A stretch of DNA of 64,000 nt, from contig CDROCS010001101.1 in the NCBI GenBank assembly GCA_977020255.1, forward strand, positions 1 to 64,000, written 5' to 3'. The notes under the pieces are model-generated. The model saw only the letters and a list, made by a program, of their open reading frames with translations. It ran no database searches and had not been told where the DNA came from. A program made the translations under genes and the position numbers. Of this stretch, positions 8,842 to 18,683 are shown piece after piece; the first letter of the stretch is position 1; every line of letters begins with the position of its first letter. The DNA comes from Obrimoposthia wandeli. Its lineage: Eukaryota.

Positions 8842-9776
8842 GTGACGTAAAGCATTACACAATCGTGACGACGCGCGGTTTTGAAAAAATACAATCGAAG
8901 TACCAAAATAATGAAACGGTCAATTTAACGCACATGGGGTTTGGTGGTACAAATCAATACACGGCGCCCAATGAGTCTGCTATTGCCGTTCCCAATCAGT
9001 GGGCTAAAATCCCACTTGAGCGCCACCCTGACACCGGATTTATTGGTGGTGGTGCAACGATTACGAATCAAGAAGAGTACAAAGGACAATGGATAGCTAA
9101 CGTTGGTATTTATGATGAAGATGATGAGCTTATTATTATTTCAGCGACGCCGCTTATTGAAATGTCATTAGATAGTTCTGTTATTGCATCATATCCAATT
9201 GATATTTTTACGGTCTTAGATAATACAGTCAATGTCATTGTCGTTACGGATACGTCTATCACGCATCCCACTCATGATGAATTAAATGCGGCAATAAATG
9301 GAGTGAAAGAAAACACATTATTTGTTGTTGAACGATTATTTCCTGTCGGGCACGTACACATTACGGTGAATGCCGCTAACCCTGCTACTTATGGCTATCC
9401 TGGGCTGTGGGAGATGCAAGGTGCAGATATGACGCTATTAACAACACGAACAGCGTCTGACGTTAATCAGGTTCACGGTACAAATACGCCATCAGTACCA
9501 CTATTGGAGCATAGCCACTCCGCGCAATTTAGTGGGGATCGGCTTCCTGCTCACTCGCACTCACAAGATAATAGAACAGCACTGGTATCACCAAACTCAG
9601 GCAACTCTGACCCTACATCTGGTTCGCCATCTGGCTCTAGAGGGGGCACTACATCTGGACAGTCAGGCGGAACACCAACTGGCCGCGTGAGTGTGTCTAA
9701 TGCGGGTGTTAAAAACGCGACGCTAGATGTGCGCGGTAAGCATTTGACCGTGTATGTCTTTTTACGCACTGCGTGA
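8838..9776 (+). CDS. Tail fibre/collar protein 2
   Basis: Second gpH-type N-terminus (TTRGFEKI...THMGFGG...WIANVGIYDEDDELI) plus a C-terminal FPVG...NP...YPGLW / HSHS baseplate-type segment. Confidence 0.75.
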   Translation: MSDVKHYTIVTTRGFEKIQSKYQNNETVNLTHMGFGGTNQYTAPNESAIAVPNQWAKIPLERHPDTGFIGGGATITNQEEYKGQWIANVGIYDEDDELIIISATPLIEMSLDSSVIASYPIDIFTVLDNTVNVIVVTDTSITHPTHDELNAAINGVKENTLFVVERLFPVGHVHITVNAANPATYGYPGLWEMQGADMTLLTTRTASDVNQVHGTNTPSVPLLEHSHSAQFSGDRLPAHSHSQDNRTALVSPNSGNSDPTSGSPSGSRGGTTSGQSGGTPTGRVSVSNAGVKNATLDVRGKHLTVYVFLRTA

Positions 9777-9803
9777 TGATATTGACCTCTATTTCATATT
9801 AAC

Positions 9804-9830
9804 GAAACCCAGCATTTACGCTGGGTTTTC
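9804..9830 (+). terminator. Rho-independent terminator after the fibre cluster
   Basis: AAACCCAGC-loop-GCTGGGTTTT hairpin. Confidence 0.75.
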
Positions 9831-9887
9831 TACATCTACATTATAGAAACTGCATAAATATCAACATCTATCTTCGCGCGATACACT
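9827..9887 (+). promoter_or_regulatory. Putative Ogr-dependent late promoter of the lysis genes
   Basis: TTTCTA-N11-TAGAAA at 9827-9849 with TACACT at 9882-9887. Confidence 0.6.
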
Positions 9888-9916
9888 AAAAATCAAATGA
9901 GCAGATAGAGAATGTC

Positions 9917-10150
9917 ATGCCAGGAGAAGACATTGCGCGTATCGATGCAACGATGAGTAATCTTGTCGACTTGACGCGTGAGCAGAACATCACACTAAAT
10001 AAAATGTTAGTCATGCAAACCACGACAAGCACTAATCAAATGGCTGATTCAAAGCGTATTGATAAACTTGAATCTGATAGAACGTGGGGTGCAAGGCTGA
10101 TTATCGGCGCATTAATTAGCGCTGCAATTATTGCTTTCAAGGTAGGATAA
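9917..10150 (+). CDS. Lysis-cassette membrane protein (XhlA-like architecture: coiled coil + one C-terminal TM)
   Basis: 77 aa; hydrophobic C-terminal helix; immediately before the endolysin. Confidence 0.6.
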   Translation: MPGEDIARIDATMSNLVDLTREQNITLNKMLVMQTTTSTNQMADSKRIDKLESDRTWGARLIIGALISAAIIAFKVG

Positions 10151-10151
10151 G

Positions 10152-10538
10152 ATGAATAAATTCAGTAAAAATAGCGCGACACGATTAGCGACTTGCCACC
10201 CTGATTTACGGCGTGTATTTAGCAAAGTACTTCAGGTTTTCGATTGCTCAATTCTTTGTGGTCATCGTAGCGAAGAAGAACAAAACGCACTACCAGATGA
10301 TAAAACCCAAGTTAAGTTTCCTGACAGTATGCATAACTCATTACCGAGTAACGCCGTTGATGTTGCACCATATCCGATTGATTGGGATGACCGAGAACGT
10401 CTTAGCTACTTTGCGGGTATTGTCATTGGTGTGGGCGCTTCAATGGGCGTTGCTATTCGCTGGGGCGGTGATTGGGATAAAGATAATGAACTCAACGATA
10501 ATAACTTTGATGACCTGGTCCACTTTGAACTTATTTAA
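10152..10538 (+). CDS. Endolysin, M15-family peptidase
   Basis: GHRS..EQ, SMHN...AVDVAP, IRWGGDW, HFEL motifs. Confidence 0.9.
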   Translation: MNKFSKNSATRLATCHPDLRRVFSKVLQVFDCSILCGHRSEEEQNALPDDKTQVKFPDSMHNSLPSNAVDVAPYPIDWDDRERLSYFAGIVIGVGASMGVAIRWGGDWDKDNELNDNNFDDLVHFELI

Positions 10539-10552
10539 GCTTAAGAGGCGTT

Positions 10553-10897
10553 ATGATGGGCATATTTAGTAAGATTTTCGGTACTGACTCCGCGATTCAA
10601 TCGGGCTTAGATATGATTGCCAATGCCGGTGACGCCATTGTGTTTACCGATGAAGAAAAAGCACAGCAAAAAGTAACATTGCTCAAAGCGTATGAACCAT
10701 TTAAATTGATCCAACGTTTTATTGTGATGGTGTTTTGTGTGCCCTACGTGAGTTTGCACGCTGTGGTGATTGTAGGCCAATTACTTGGCATGGACTGGGG
10801 CGATATAAGCATCATGATTAATGATGCTTTTGGTTATCCAGTGCTGGCGGCTGTAGGCTTATACCTTACCGGAGGCGTAATACCCAGTCGTAAATAA
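10553..10897 (+). CDS. Putative holin (GTA-type 3TM holin-like)
   Basis: FTDEEKA motif followed by hydrophobic helices; after the endolysin. Confidence 0.6.
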   Translation: MMGIFSKIFGTDSAIQSGLDMIANAGDAIVFTDEEKAQQKVTLLKAYEPFKLIQRFIVMVFCVPYVSLHAVVIVGQLLGMDWGDISIMINDAFGYPVLAAVGLYLTGGVIPSRK

Positions 10898-10920
10898 TTC
10901 ACGAAAGGGGATTGATGAGC

Positions 10921-11892
10921 TTATACAGCCTCCGGCTCTAAGCTCACATAATCATTGATCGTCACAACCTCTATACCCACAAAATCATTCAACTCACAGA
11001 CCGATTCAAGCAGTGGCACTAATTCATTTTTGTAAAAGATACGGTCTATTTTATTTAAATCATTACTGGTACTAAACCCTTCACGTGCAATGCTCATTAA
11101 ATCTAACGGAATACGATGACTAGCAAGCACATCATTGGTCGTCATACTCTTAATATCTTTAAATGCATCCTTGGCTTCAATTTGTCCAATTGGGGTGAGT
11201 TCCGGCGGTTTGCCGTCCTTGCCTTTACCGTTAATGAATAGGTTTTTAAACGCCCCTAAACCCGCTTGTTGCTTGAGCTTATTCTGAATATCATCTTCTT
11301 GTGCTTGGGTTAGATTCGGATCGTTCATGTAAAGCAAGTAACCGGCATGCGCACCATTAAGGTAATACTTACGGCGAAACAGTGTTGCATCTTCATTAAG
11401 CCAGATTGAACTTAATGCGGCAATGTGTTGCGGCATACCGTATATTTCTTGGCAAATATCATATTCAGACAAATGAAATACTTGTCTCGCCTTGTAATCT
11501 ATTCTGCCATCATTATTGAACTCATTTGGTTTGTAAGTGTAAAGACCAATGGTTGCTTGCGCGCGCATATACAGCGCGGGTAAATGTTTGATGCAAACGA
11601 CATCTCCCAGCGCATTTCTAATGACGGATAAATAGCTATTACCAAACGTCAAAAAGTCATACAAAAAACGCTTAAAATCAGGTTTACTCAATAATGAGGA
11701 TAGCGTGACTGAACTGGCCGCCATGTTACGTTTTACATATAAGGCAGAGCCATGCATCGAATTGGCGCGGTTTGCTTTAGCCAATGTATCTAAAGGGATC
11801 GGCGGCTCATATAAGCCATCAATTAAAGCGACTTCCATATAGCTGAGAATATCACTGGCCATTACGCTTTGTGGAGTATCAAAAGTTATCAA
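10921..11892 (-). CDS. Portal protein (P2 gpQ/PBSX family)
   Basis: HGSALYVKRN, EYDICQEIYGMP, LFRRKYYLNGAHAG motifs; TTG start. Confidence 0.95.
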   Translation of the reverse strand: MITFDTPQSVMASDILSYMEVALIDGLYEPPIPLDTLAKANRANSMHGSALYVKRNMAASSVTLSSLLSKPDFKRFLYDFLTFGNSYLSVIRNALGDVVCIKHLPALYMRAQATIGLYTYKPNEFNNDGRIDYKARQVFHLSEYDICQEIYGMPQHIAALSSIWLNEDATLFRRKYYLNGAHAGYLLYMNDPNLTQAQEDDIQNKLKQQAGLGAFKNLFINGKGKDGKPPELTPIGQIEAKDAFKDIKSMTTNDVLASHRIPLDLMSIAREGFSTSNDLNKIDRIFYKNELVPLLESVCELNDFVGIEVVTINDYVSLEPEAV

Positions 11893-11903
11893 AATAGTCT
11901 CTC

Positions 11904-13670
11904 TTATAAGAATGAAATAGTGGTTGAGTCATCGCGTAAAATGTCGATTGGCTCCCAGTGTAAAACGTGCATTGCAGCCCAGGCTAAATCAGCATGAGAG
12001 CCTATTTTGTTACGTGCAGAAATAAAGGTGATTTGGTTGCTCTTTTCAGTCGTATGCTGTCGTATCATCAAGAAGGAATGCACTAAATCATCCCATTCAT
12101 CATCAAATTGCAAACGTCCTGCATTGATGATTTCACGGGCTTTGTAGGCCATCATGCGTTTTATCTCGGGTGAGTAATCCAGCATGGTCAGTCCTGGATA
12201 GAATTTTCTGACCAGTTCCGCGACCGCAGAGCCCACGCCGCCGACATCAATAGCCAAATAAACCACCGTGTATTTTTCACAAATACCTTGAATCGCGTTA
12301 GCCTGGTCTTCATAGCTTGAGCCTTTTAAACGAAGGCGTTCAATGATGCGAAATGATCCCCCTTTGATAGCCGGTTTTAAGGCAACAACTAACCCCGCAT
12401 CGTCAGAGCCTTCACCTTGCCCGCCGCCGCGCGGGTCATAACCCACTAATACCTCACGCTTACCAACAGGGTGAAGCGCATCAAAATCAACATCACTCCA
12501 TAATGATGTATCTGCTTTACAGGCAAGCAATGCCTTAATGCTAAAGAATGAAGATGCATCGTCTAAAAACACGCAGCGCAGTAAGTTATCAAATACTGTT
12601 TTATCCGGATATTTACGGCGTAGTTTATCCATGTTGAAAAAGTTAGCGCCACCGGCTATCGCATCATCCACGGTTATCATCTGACGGAAAATACCATCAA
12701 CGCCTAGCGCACCGGCTTTAAGTGCTTTATGGCTTATTTCAATTTTTAAATCTTTTCTGCCGGACCATTTTGAATATGCTTCATGGGCGGTACTCGATGG
12801 CGTCGATAAATACGTTGTGCGGTACTTGGATTGAATTGTCAGACCACCAATAAGATCGTCTAGCTCTTTGAACTTCGGGATCCAAAATGCTTCATCAATA
12901 TATAAATGGCCGTTAAAGCCTTGACCTGTGCGAGCGTTCGTTGATAAGAACGTTAAACTTGCGCCATTACTGAGTTGTAAATCATCTTTCCCTTTTAATT
13001 CCACATCGCCAAGTTCAAGTGCAAATTTACGAATGTAGTTTTTAAATATCTCACTTTGCTTACGCGACGCAGATAAAAACACCTGGTTATCGCCGGTTAA
13101 TATCGCATCTTCAAACGCTTCGAATGCAAAATAAAATGTTAAGCCAATTTGACGAGACTTAAGGTAAAAACGCATCTCGTTAATGTCGTTATTACACTTA
13201 TGATCGTGAATGTTTTTTTGATACTCAAAGAACGTCTTTTCTCTGAAATTCGCCAATATATCAGGCGTGATACCTGAGATATCATTTTTAGTTTTATTGT
13301 TTGGCCTGCCACGTCGCTGTTCTGAATGACTGTCGTTATGACTGGTTTTTTTCTTACGGCGCTCAGCTGTGTCGCGTTTGTGTTTTTGCTCAAGCAGTAT
13401 TTCGAGTTCTTTAAGTTGCGACTCGTGCTTTCTGTCAACCCAAAGCAGATACGCAATACGCTGTCGAAGCATTAATTCAACCGGTGCATCATCGCGCATC
13501 TGCTTCCAACCAAATTTAGATATCCATTGTTGGACTGTTCTTGGCGCAATCACTAGTGCATCGGCAATCTCGGCTGTTTTGTACTGGCGTAAGTAATACC
13601 CCAAGGCATGCGTTTGCATCTGGGTATAAATGGGTTTTTCTGGTGGCGTGGAGGTTAAGTTTATTTTCAT
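11904..13670 (-). CDS. Terminase large (ATPase) subunit, P2 gpP-like
   Basis: KSRQIG Walker A region, LYIDEAFW Walker B, STP motif, C-terminal HADLAWA; likely start ATG 13670. Confidence 0.95.
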   Translation of the reverse strand: MKINLTSTPPEKPIYTQMQTHALGYYLRQYKTAEIADALVIAPRTVQQWISKFGWKQMRDDAPVELMLRQRIAYLLWVDRKHESQLKELEILLEQKHKRDTAERRKKKTSHNDSHSEQRRGRPNNKTKNDISGITPDILANFREKTFFEYQKNIHDHKCNNDINEMRFYLKSRQIGLTFYFAFEAFEDAILTGDNQVFLSASRKQSEIFKNYIRKFALELGDVELKGKDDLQLSNGASLTFLSTNARTGQGFNGHLYIDEAFWIPKFKELDDLIGGLTIQSKYRTTYLSTPSSTAHEAYSKWSGRKDLKIEISHKALKAGALGVDGIFRQMITVDDAIAGGANFFNMDKLRRKYPDKTVFDNLLRCVFLDDASSFFSIKALLACKADTSLWSDVDFDALHPVGKREVLVGYDPRGGGQGEGSDDAGLVVALKPAIKGGSFRIIERLRLKGSSYEDQANAIQGICEKYTVVYLAIDVGGVGSAVAELVRKFYPGLTMLDYSPEIKRMMAYKAREIINAGRLQFDDEWDDLVHSFLMIRQHTTEKSNQITFISARNKIGSHADLAWAAMHVLHWEPIDILRDDSTTISFL

Positions 13671-13676
13671 CGTTAC

Positions 13677-13775
13677 AGTGTGCAATAACAACGTAAATAC
13701 CTCAGTAAATCAAGTTTCTACATGTCCTATCTAGAAATAGGTTCGGTATTAAAAGAGGTCATATTTCGGTAAATT
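13677..13775. promoter_or_regulatory. Putative divergent Ogr-dependent late promoters (terminase/scaffold)
   Basis: TTTCTA-N11-TAGAAA at 13715-13737; TAAATT 44 bp right of centre and CACACT (minus strand) 44 bp left, the same spacing as at 9827. Confidence 0.6.
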
Positions 13776-13804
13776 AAAATGACGCATTACAGGAGATTAA
13801 CGGC

Positions 13805-14644
13805 ATGTTTCAATCTGAACCCATTTGTATTTTGACCGCAGGCCCAACGGTAGATGGTCGCTTTATCGAGCAAAAAGTCATTGACGATATTGCCGAATTA
13901 TATGATCCGACAAAATACAACGCTCGCATTAATGAATCGCATTGGTCATGGGGCGCTAAGTTTGGCTCAGTGCTTTCTGTTGAGAAACGTGAAAACCAAT
14001 TATTTGCAGTATTAAAGCCAAATGCCTTGTTCTTAAGCACGATTGAAAAAGGACAGTTACTGCATACATCTTGTGAAATTGAATCCAATTTTGCTAAGAG
14101 CGGTCGAAGCTACTTAACGGGACTGGCGCTGACGGATGAACCGGCCTCATTGGGTACCACTGAAATTCACTTATCGGCCAAAGATAAAAGCGAAAATAAA
14201 GATAATGACAAAGTGAGTTTAAGCAGTGGTGCGACCGTCGGTGAAGGTGAATTATTAGCGCATCAGAAGCCAGGCGAACAAGAAGATATCAAGCTATTAG
14301 CTCGAATTAAAAAAATGTTTAGCTCAAACGCTGAGCCAACCGAACCACTCGAACAAGAAGAGAATGAAACCATGGATAAAGAGACAAAAGAATTACTCGC
14401 AACACAAACCGAAAATATCACTGCGTTAACCGCGGCGGTGACGCTGTTAGCCTCGACGACTAAACCTGTCATCGCCGTGCCAGAAACCGTTCCAATTGCA
14501 CCCGCAGTGCCAGAAAAACCGGAAGAGAGTGAAGTCTCAAAACTGTCAGCAAAGGTTGATGACTTGGTTGAAAAGCTCAACAAAATAACGGATGAAAACC
14601 CACGCGACCCAGCGGGCAAACAAGATGAATCGGGTTACTTGTAA
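13805..14644 (+). CDS. Capsid scaffolding protein, P2 gpO-like
   Basis: GPTVDGR, YNARIN.SH, YLTGLALTDEPASLGT. Confidence 0.93.
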   Translation: MFQSEPICILTAGPTVDGRFIEQKVIDDIAELYDPTKYNARINESHWSWGAKFGSVLSVEKRENQLFAVLKPNALFLSTIEKGQLLHTSCEIESNFAKSGRSYLTGLALTDEPASLGTTEIHLSAKDKSENKDNDKVSLSSGATVGEGELLAHQKPGEQEDIKLLARIKKMFSSNAEPTEPLEQEENETMDKETKELLATQTENITALTAAVTLLASTTKPVIAVPETVPIAPAVPEKPEESEVSKLSAKVDDLVEKLNKITDENPRDPAGKQDESGYL

Positions 14645-14703
14645 ATCATGGTGTATTTGGTTTCTCATTCTCTTTTTAATGTATTTATTATTGGATTTTA
14701 ACT

Positions 14704-15771
14704 ATGCAAGAAATAACAAAAATAGCGGTTGAAGGTTATAAAAAAGCCGTTGCAAAGCAAAACAATGTCGCTGATGTGACTGAAAAATTCAGTGTTACAC
14801 CAGCGGCGACACAAAAAATAATCGCCGTTATTCGTGAAAACAATTGGTTCCTGAGCAAAATTAATATTATGCCCGTAAGCAACCAAAAGGGTGAAGCGCT
14901 TGGTTTAGGTGTCTCGGGCATGATTGCCAGCCGTACCAATACTAAAGCGGGCTCAGAGCGTAAACCGAAAGCTGTGTATAGCATGACGCCGATGCCGTAT
15001 CTGTGTGAACAAGTAAACTTTGATTCACATATTCGTTACGATCAATTAGATGCATTCGCGCACTTAAATAACTTCAATAAAATCATTGCATCACAAACCC
15101 GTGAGCAAATTGATTTAAACAAAGTGACTATCGGTTTTCATGGTGAACGTAGCGAGCCTGATACAGATGCGAGCGCAAACCCAAATGGTGAAGATGTGTG
15201 TAAAGGTTGGTTGCAGGCTATTCGTGAACATAATTCTGATGCCATGCTCACCGAAGGTAAAACAGTGAGTGAAATTCGCATCGGTGAAGGTGAACCCGTC
15301 GGTGATGGGTCGGGCGCTGGTCTAGGTGATTTCATTAATCTTGATTTAGCCGTGATGAACGTCAAAGGTTTACTTGGTGATGAGTGTGCCAACGATTCTG
15401 ATTTAGTGGCGTTAATTGGCTCTGATTTACTGGCTTTTGATAAAGCCAAATTCTATGCCGCACATGGTAATACGCCCAGTGAAAAATCAAAGATTGAAGA
15501 TAAACAAGTGATCGGCACTTATGGTGGTTTGCCGTCTGCGTGTCCACCCTCATTCCCACCAACCGGCATTCTTGTTACTAGTTTCAAGAACCTGTCGATT
15601 TATATTCAAAAAGATTCGATTCGTCGTACTGCTGCAATCAAGAATGACCGACTTGATCAGCTTGAAAACTTTGAATCAATGAACATGGCTTACGTGGTCG
15701 AGCAGTTACCCAAAGCCGCCGCGCTTGAGTTTGATAACGTGAAGTTATGGATTGATGGCCAATGGGTTTAA
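14704..15771 (+). CDS. Major capsid protein, P2 gpN family
   Basis: FSVTP...Q, IGFHG, NPNGEDVCKGWLQ motifs. Confidence 0.95.
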   Translation: MQEITKIAVEGYKKAVAKQNNVADVTEKFSVTPAATQKIIAVIRENNWFLSKINIMPVSNQKGEALGLGVSGMIASRTNTKAGSERKPKAVYSMTPMPYLCEQVNFDSHIRYDQLDAFAHLNNFNKIIASQTREQIDLNKVTIGFHGERSEPDTDASANPNGEDVCKGWLQAIREHNSDAMLTEGKTVSEIRIGEGEPVGDGSGAGLGDFINLDLAVMNVKGLLGDECANDSDLVALIGSDLLAFDKAKFYAAHGNTPSEKSKIEDKQVIGTYGGLPSACPPSFPPTGILVTSFKNLSIYIQKDSIRRTAAIKNDRLDQLENFESMNMAYVVEQLPKAAALEFDNVKLWIDGQWV

Positions 15772-15887
15772 TACCCGAAAATAACGCCCTGTAAAATAAC
15801 ACCCCCCATGCAGGCTTTCGCTGCTTTATCAACACCGATTACGTGTTGCTATTAGCCAAGCGTTAAGCCTGCACCTAAGAGGTTTTT

Positions 15888-16337
15888 ATGCAATTTGTCG
15901 GAAATAAAGACGATATATATGGCTCGATACTGCCCGCAACAACGCTATATCCTGAGTTGAGCATTGCAGAGTTTCAGCGTGTGTTTCATTTTTTAAGTAA
16001 TGAAACAGAGGCTGGTATTTTGCACCACGCCAGGGTTGCTCGAATTACGGTTAATCAAGAGTTACTCGACACGGTAAAACCATTTAACGGCCTTGCTGGA
16101 CTATCACTCGAGCGTTTTGACGAAACTGAAACGGGTGACGTTTTATATAAACAGGCTGTTTTTGCGTTAACTGCAAATAACTTAGTTGAGAATCAGTTGA
16201 GTATGAATGCCACGGTTGAAGCGACAGATCGACAAGAAGCCATACAGGCCAAAGCTGACCATTGTTTAGTGCAGTATCGTCAAGCAATCGACTTGTTACT
16301 TAACGCCAAAGCAACTTATCGGTTTGAGATAGTTTAA
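15888..16337 (+). CDS. Head completion/stabilisation protein, P2 gpL-like
   Basis: YPELSIAEFQR...YKQAVFA; position after the capsid gene. Confidence 0.8.
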   Translation: MQFVGNKDDIYGSILPATTLYPELSIAEFQRVFHFLSNETEAGILHHARVARITVNQELLDTVKPFNGLAGLSLERFDETETGDVLYKQAVFALTANNLVENQLSMNATVEATDRQEAIQAKADHCLVQYRQAIDLLLNAKATYRFEIV

Positions 16338-16347
16338 GGGATAGCTT

Positions 16348-16821
16348 ATGGAAGCATTACAAAGTTTAACTGCGCTCTTTACTCAACATGTCACGGATGC
16401 AAAAAGCCTTGATGTGTGGGCTGAAGACGGTGAATTGATTTGCACCCAGGGCAGTTTTGTTGATGGTTTTGATATCGCATATACGGTGAACATTAATATG
16501 ACAGGCGTCGATGTTCAGCCGCATATATTGATGATGCACCTTGTTACCTGGTTCAATAAATACGATATGAACCGAGATGAGAAAGGCTTACCAACCCCAT
16601 CATTCGCGACAGAGCTGCTGGATAAAGGCAAGTGTGATATCAAATTGAAAATTGATATTCGAGAAAGCTATTCGTTGAATGAAAATGTCCTGGGCAATTG
16701 GCAGCAAAATGATACCCGCTATGAATGTATCAGTGATTTTCATCAAGCCGTAACCGAAGACGAGTTACCAACGCTTGAGCTTATTAAAGGACCTGAAGGT
16801 GATCTTCCGTTATGCAGTTAA
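16348..16821 (+). CDS. Tail completion protein, P2 gpR-like
   Basis: Synteny; Y.V.I...L..W pattern. Confidence 0.65.
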   Translation: MEALQSLTALFTQHVTDAKSLDVWAEDGELICTQGSFVDGFDIAYTVNINMTGVDVQPHILMMHLVTWFNKYDMNRDEKGLPTPSFATELLDKGKCDIKLKIDIRESYSLNENVLGNWQQNDTRYECISDFHQAVTEDELPTLELIKGPEGDLPLCS

Positions 16822-17351
16822 ATAGCCCTGAGCATTTAACGCATGCCATTCATGATTTGATATTAACCGGTCCTGATAAGTTTGATTTAAACCGGCGATT
16901 AGCAAACCGTACACGGCAAACATTTCGAGCGCAAATACGCGGGCAGCGTGATATTGACGATAACCCATATCAAAAACGAACAAGGCGCAAGATAAGCACG
17001 GTTTATAAAACGGGATCATGGGAAACCGCCAAGAATACGCAAAACAACAAAAACATGCTGGCAGGTTTTGGGCGAGCATTGAAGACGCGTGTTGATGAAA
17101 ATAGCTTTGAAGTTGGGCTAGCTGGTCTTGTGGGGAAAATGGCAAGGCTACATAACGAAGGACAAAATGTGTCATTCACGACGCGGGTTAACGGTTATTA
17201 CAATACCAGGACAAGCAGATGGGAAGGCGGGACAAAAGTAAAAGATAATTACCGAATGCCAAAGCGGACATTTATCGGTTGGACACCAGCACTTGAGCGC
17301 GATCTACTTGCAATGGTTGCTGAACAATTTTTACCAGGCGTGGAGAATTAA
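16812..17351 (+). CDS. Virion morphogenesis protein, P2 gpS-like
   Basis: IRGQRDIDDNPY..R, ARLHNEG, MPKRTFIG. Confidence 0.8.
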   Translation: MQLNSPEHLTHAIHDLILTGPDKFDLNRRLANRTRQTFRAQIRGQRDIDDNPYQKRTRRKISTVYKTGSWETAKNTQNNKNMLAGFGRALKTRVDENSFEVGLAGLVGKMARLHNEGQNVSFTTRVNGYYNTRTSRWEGGTKVKDNYRMPKRTFIGWTPALERDLLAMVAEQFLPGVEN

Positions 17352-17525
17352 ATGCGTAAGATTAAAGTTAAACCAAAGAAAGGGTTACTCGTACGTGATC
17401 CTCATACCCGTGAACCATTAAAAGCCGCGGGCGAACTTAAGCCCCGTAATACCTATTGGTTACGTCGAATTAACGATGCTGATGTACTACTGGTTACTGA
17501 ATCAAAAAAGGAAACTAAATCATGA
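17352..17525 (+). CDS. Small Mu-like pre-sheath protein (DUF2635-like, 57 aa; missed by the ORF track)
   Basis: MRKIKVKPKKGLLVRDPHTREPL...YWLRRINDADV; ATGA overlap with the sheath gene. Confidence 0.8.
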   Translation: MRKIKVKPKKGLLVRDPHTREPLKAAGELKPRNTYWLRRINDADVLLVTESKKETKS

Positions 17526-18655
17526 GCATTAGTTTTGCCGAAGTCCCGAACAATGCGAGAGTCCCAGGCGTTTATATTGAAATTGATAACAGCCTGGCAA
17601 ACAGCGCAGAAGCACAGCAAATTGTATTAGTGATTGGTAATGCGGTGACTAATGCACCTGTTGGGCCGAACACGGTCGTACTTTGCATGAATGAAGATTC
17701 TGCGCGTAAGCAGTTTGGTGAGTCAGATATCACATCGATGTTGAAGTATTTCACCAAGCAAAATGAAACCCTGCCTATTTATGCGGTGAGTGTTGATGCA
17801 AGCGATACGATGAGCGCCCTTGCTGCACTGGGGGATAAGCAATATCACCATATCATTTGTTCATTAAATGACGATACCACTGTGCGAGAACTTGGTGAGT
17901 TCTTAGATGCTCGTTATGAAGCGCTGCAAATGATCCCTGGTATCGCGTACTTACCCAAAAAAGGCACGCATGCGGAATTAGTGACTTATGGCGAAAAGTC
18001 TAATTGCCCATTAATTAGTTTTATCTCTATCAACGATGTGGGTGATTCGGGCAATAAACCATTGAGTGACGCCGAAGTCGTTGCAGCCTGGGCGGGACAA
18101 ATAGCGCCTTCACTTGCTAACGATCCTTGCCGACCACTACAAACGCTGAAAATGAAGGGTGTGTACTCAATCGCAAGCAGTGAGTTTGACTGGGCTGAAC
18201 GCAATTTACTGTTACATGAAGGGATGGGGACATATACGGTCACTGCGACTGGTGAAGTACAAGTTGAGCGACCAGTAACCGCCTATACAGAAAACGCAGC
18301 TGGTGTTGCTGATAACAGCTATTTAGATGTGATGACACCTGCAACCGCAATGTATTTTCGTGAAAAACAGCGTTCACTTATTCAAAGTAAATATGGTCGA
18401 CATAAATTAGCGAAAGACGGTACTAACTTTGCACCTGGTCAAGCGATTGCAACGCCAAGCATGATTAAGGGTGAACTACTTACGCTGTACAGATCGTTGG
18501 AATACAAAGGTATTGTTCAAGACTTTGAGGGTTACAAAAAATCATTGTTCGTTGAGTTAGATGACACAAATAAAGCCCGTATTAACTACCTCGATAGTCC
18601 GCAGTTTATCAACGGCCTGATCATCACTGCGGGTAAAATTCAATTTAGAAAGTAA
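17522..18655 (+). CDS. Tail sheath protein (Mu gpL-like, short form)
   Basis: MSISFAEVPNNARVPGVYIEIDNS, DPCRPLQTL motifs. Confidence 0.9.
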   Translation: MSISFAEVPNNARVPGVYIEIDNSLANSAEAQQIVLVIGNAVTNAPVGPNTVVLCMNEDSARKQFGESDITSMLKYFTKQNETLPIYAVSVDASDTMSALAALGDKQYHHIICSLNDDTTVRELGEFLDARYEALQMIPGIAYLPKKGTHAELVTYGEKSNCPLISFISINDVGDSGNKPLSDAEVVAAWAGQIAPSLANDPCRPLQTLKMKGVYSIASSEFDWAERNLLLHEGMGTYTVTATGEVQVERPVTAYTENAAGVADNSYLDVMTPATAMYFREKQRSLIQSKYGRHKLAKDGTNFAPGQAIATPSMIKGELLTLYRSLEYKGIVQDFEGYKKSLFVELDDTNKARINYLDSPQFINGLIITAGKIQFRK

Positions 18656-18683
18656 CTCAATTATTGGGTTTTGGGAGTAACTA

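Noticed and set aside
10213-10569. 118-aa overlapping ORF inside the endolysin as an Rz1-like spanin
   Set aside because: No lipobox or Pro-rich mature part; treated as a shadow frame.
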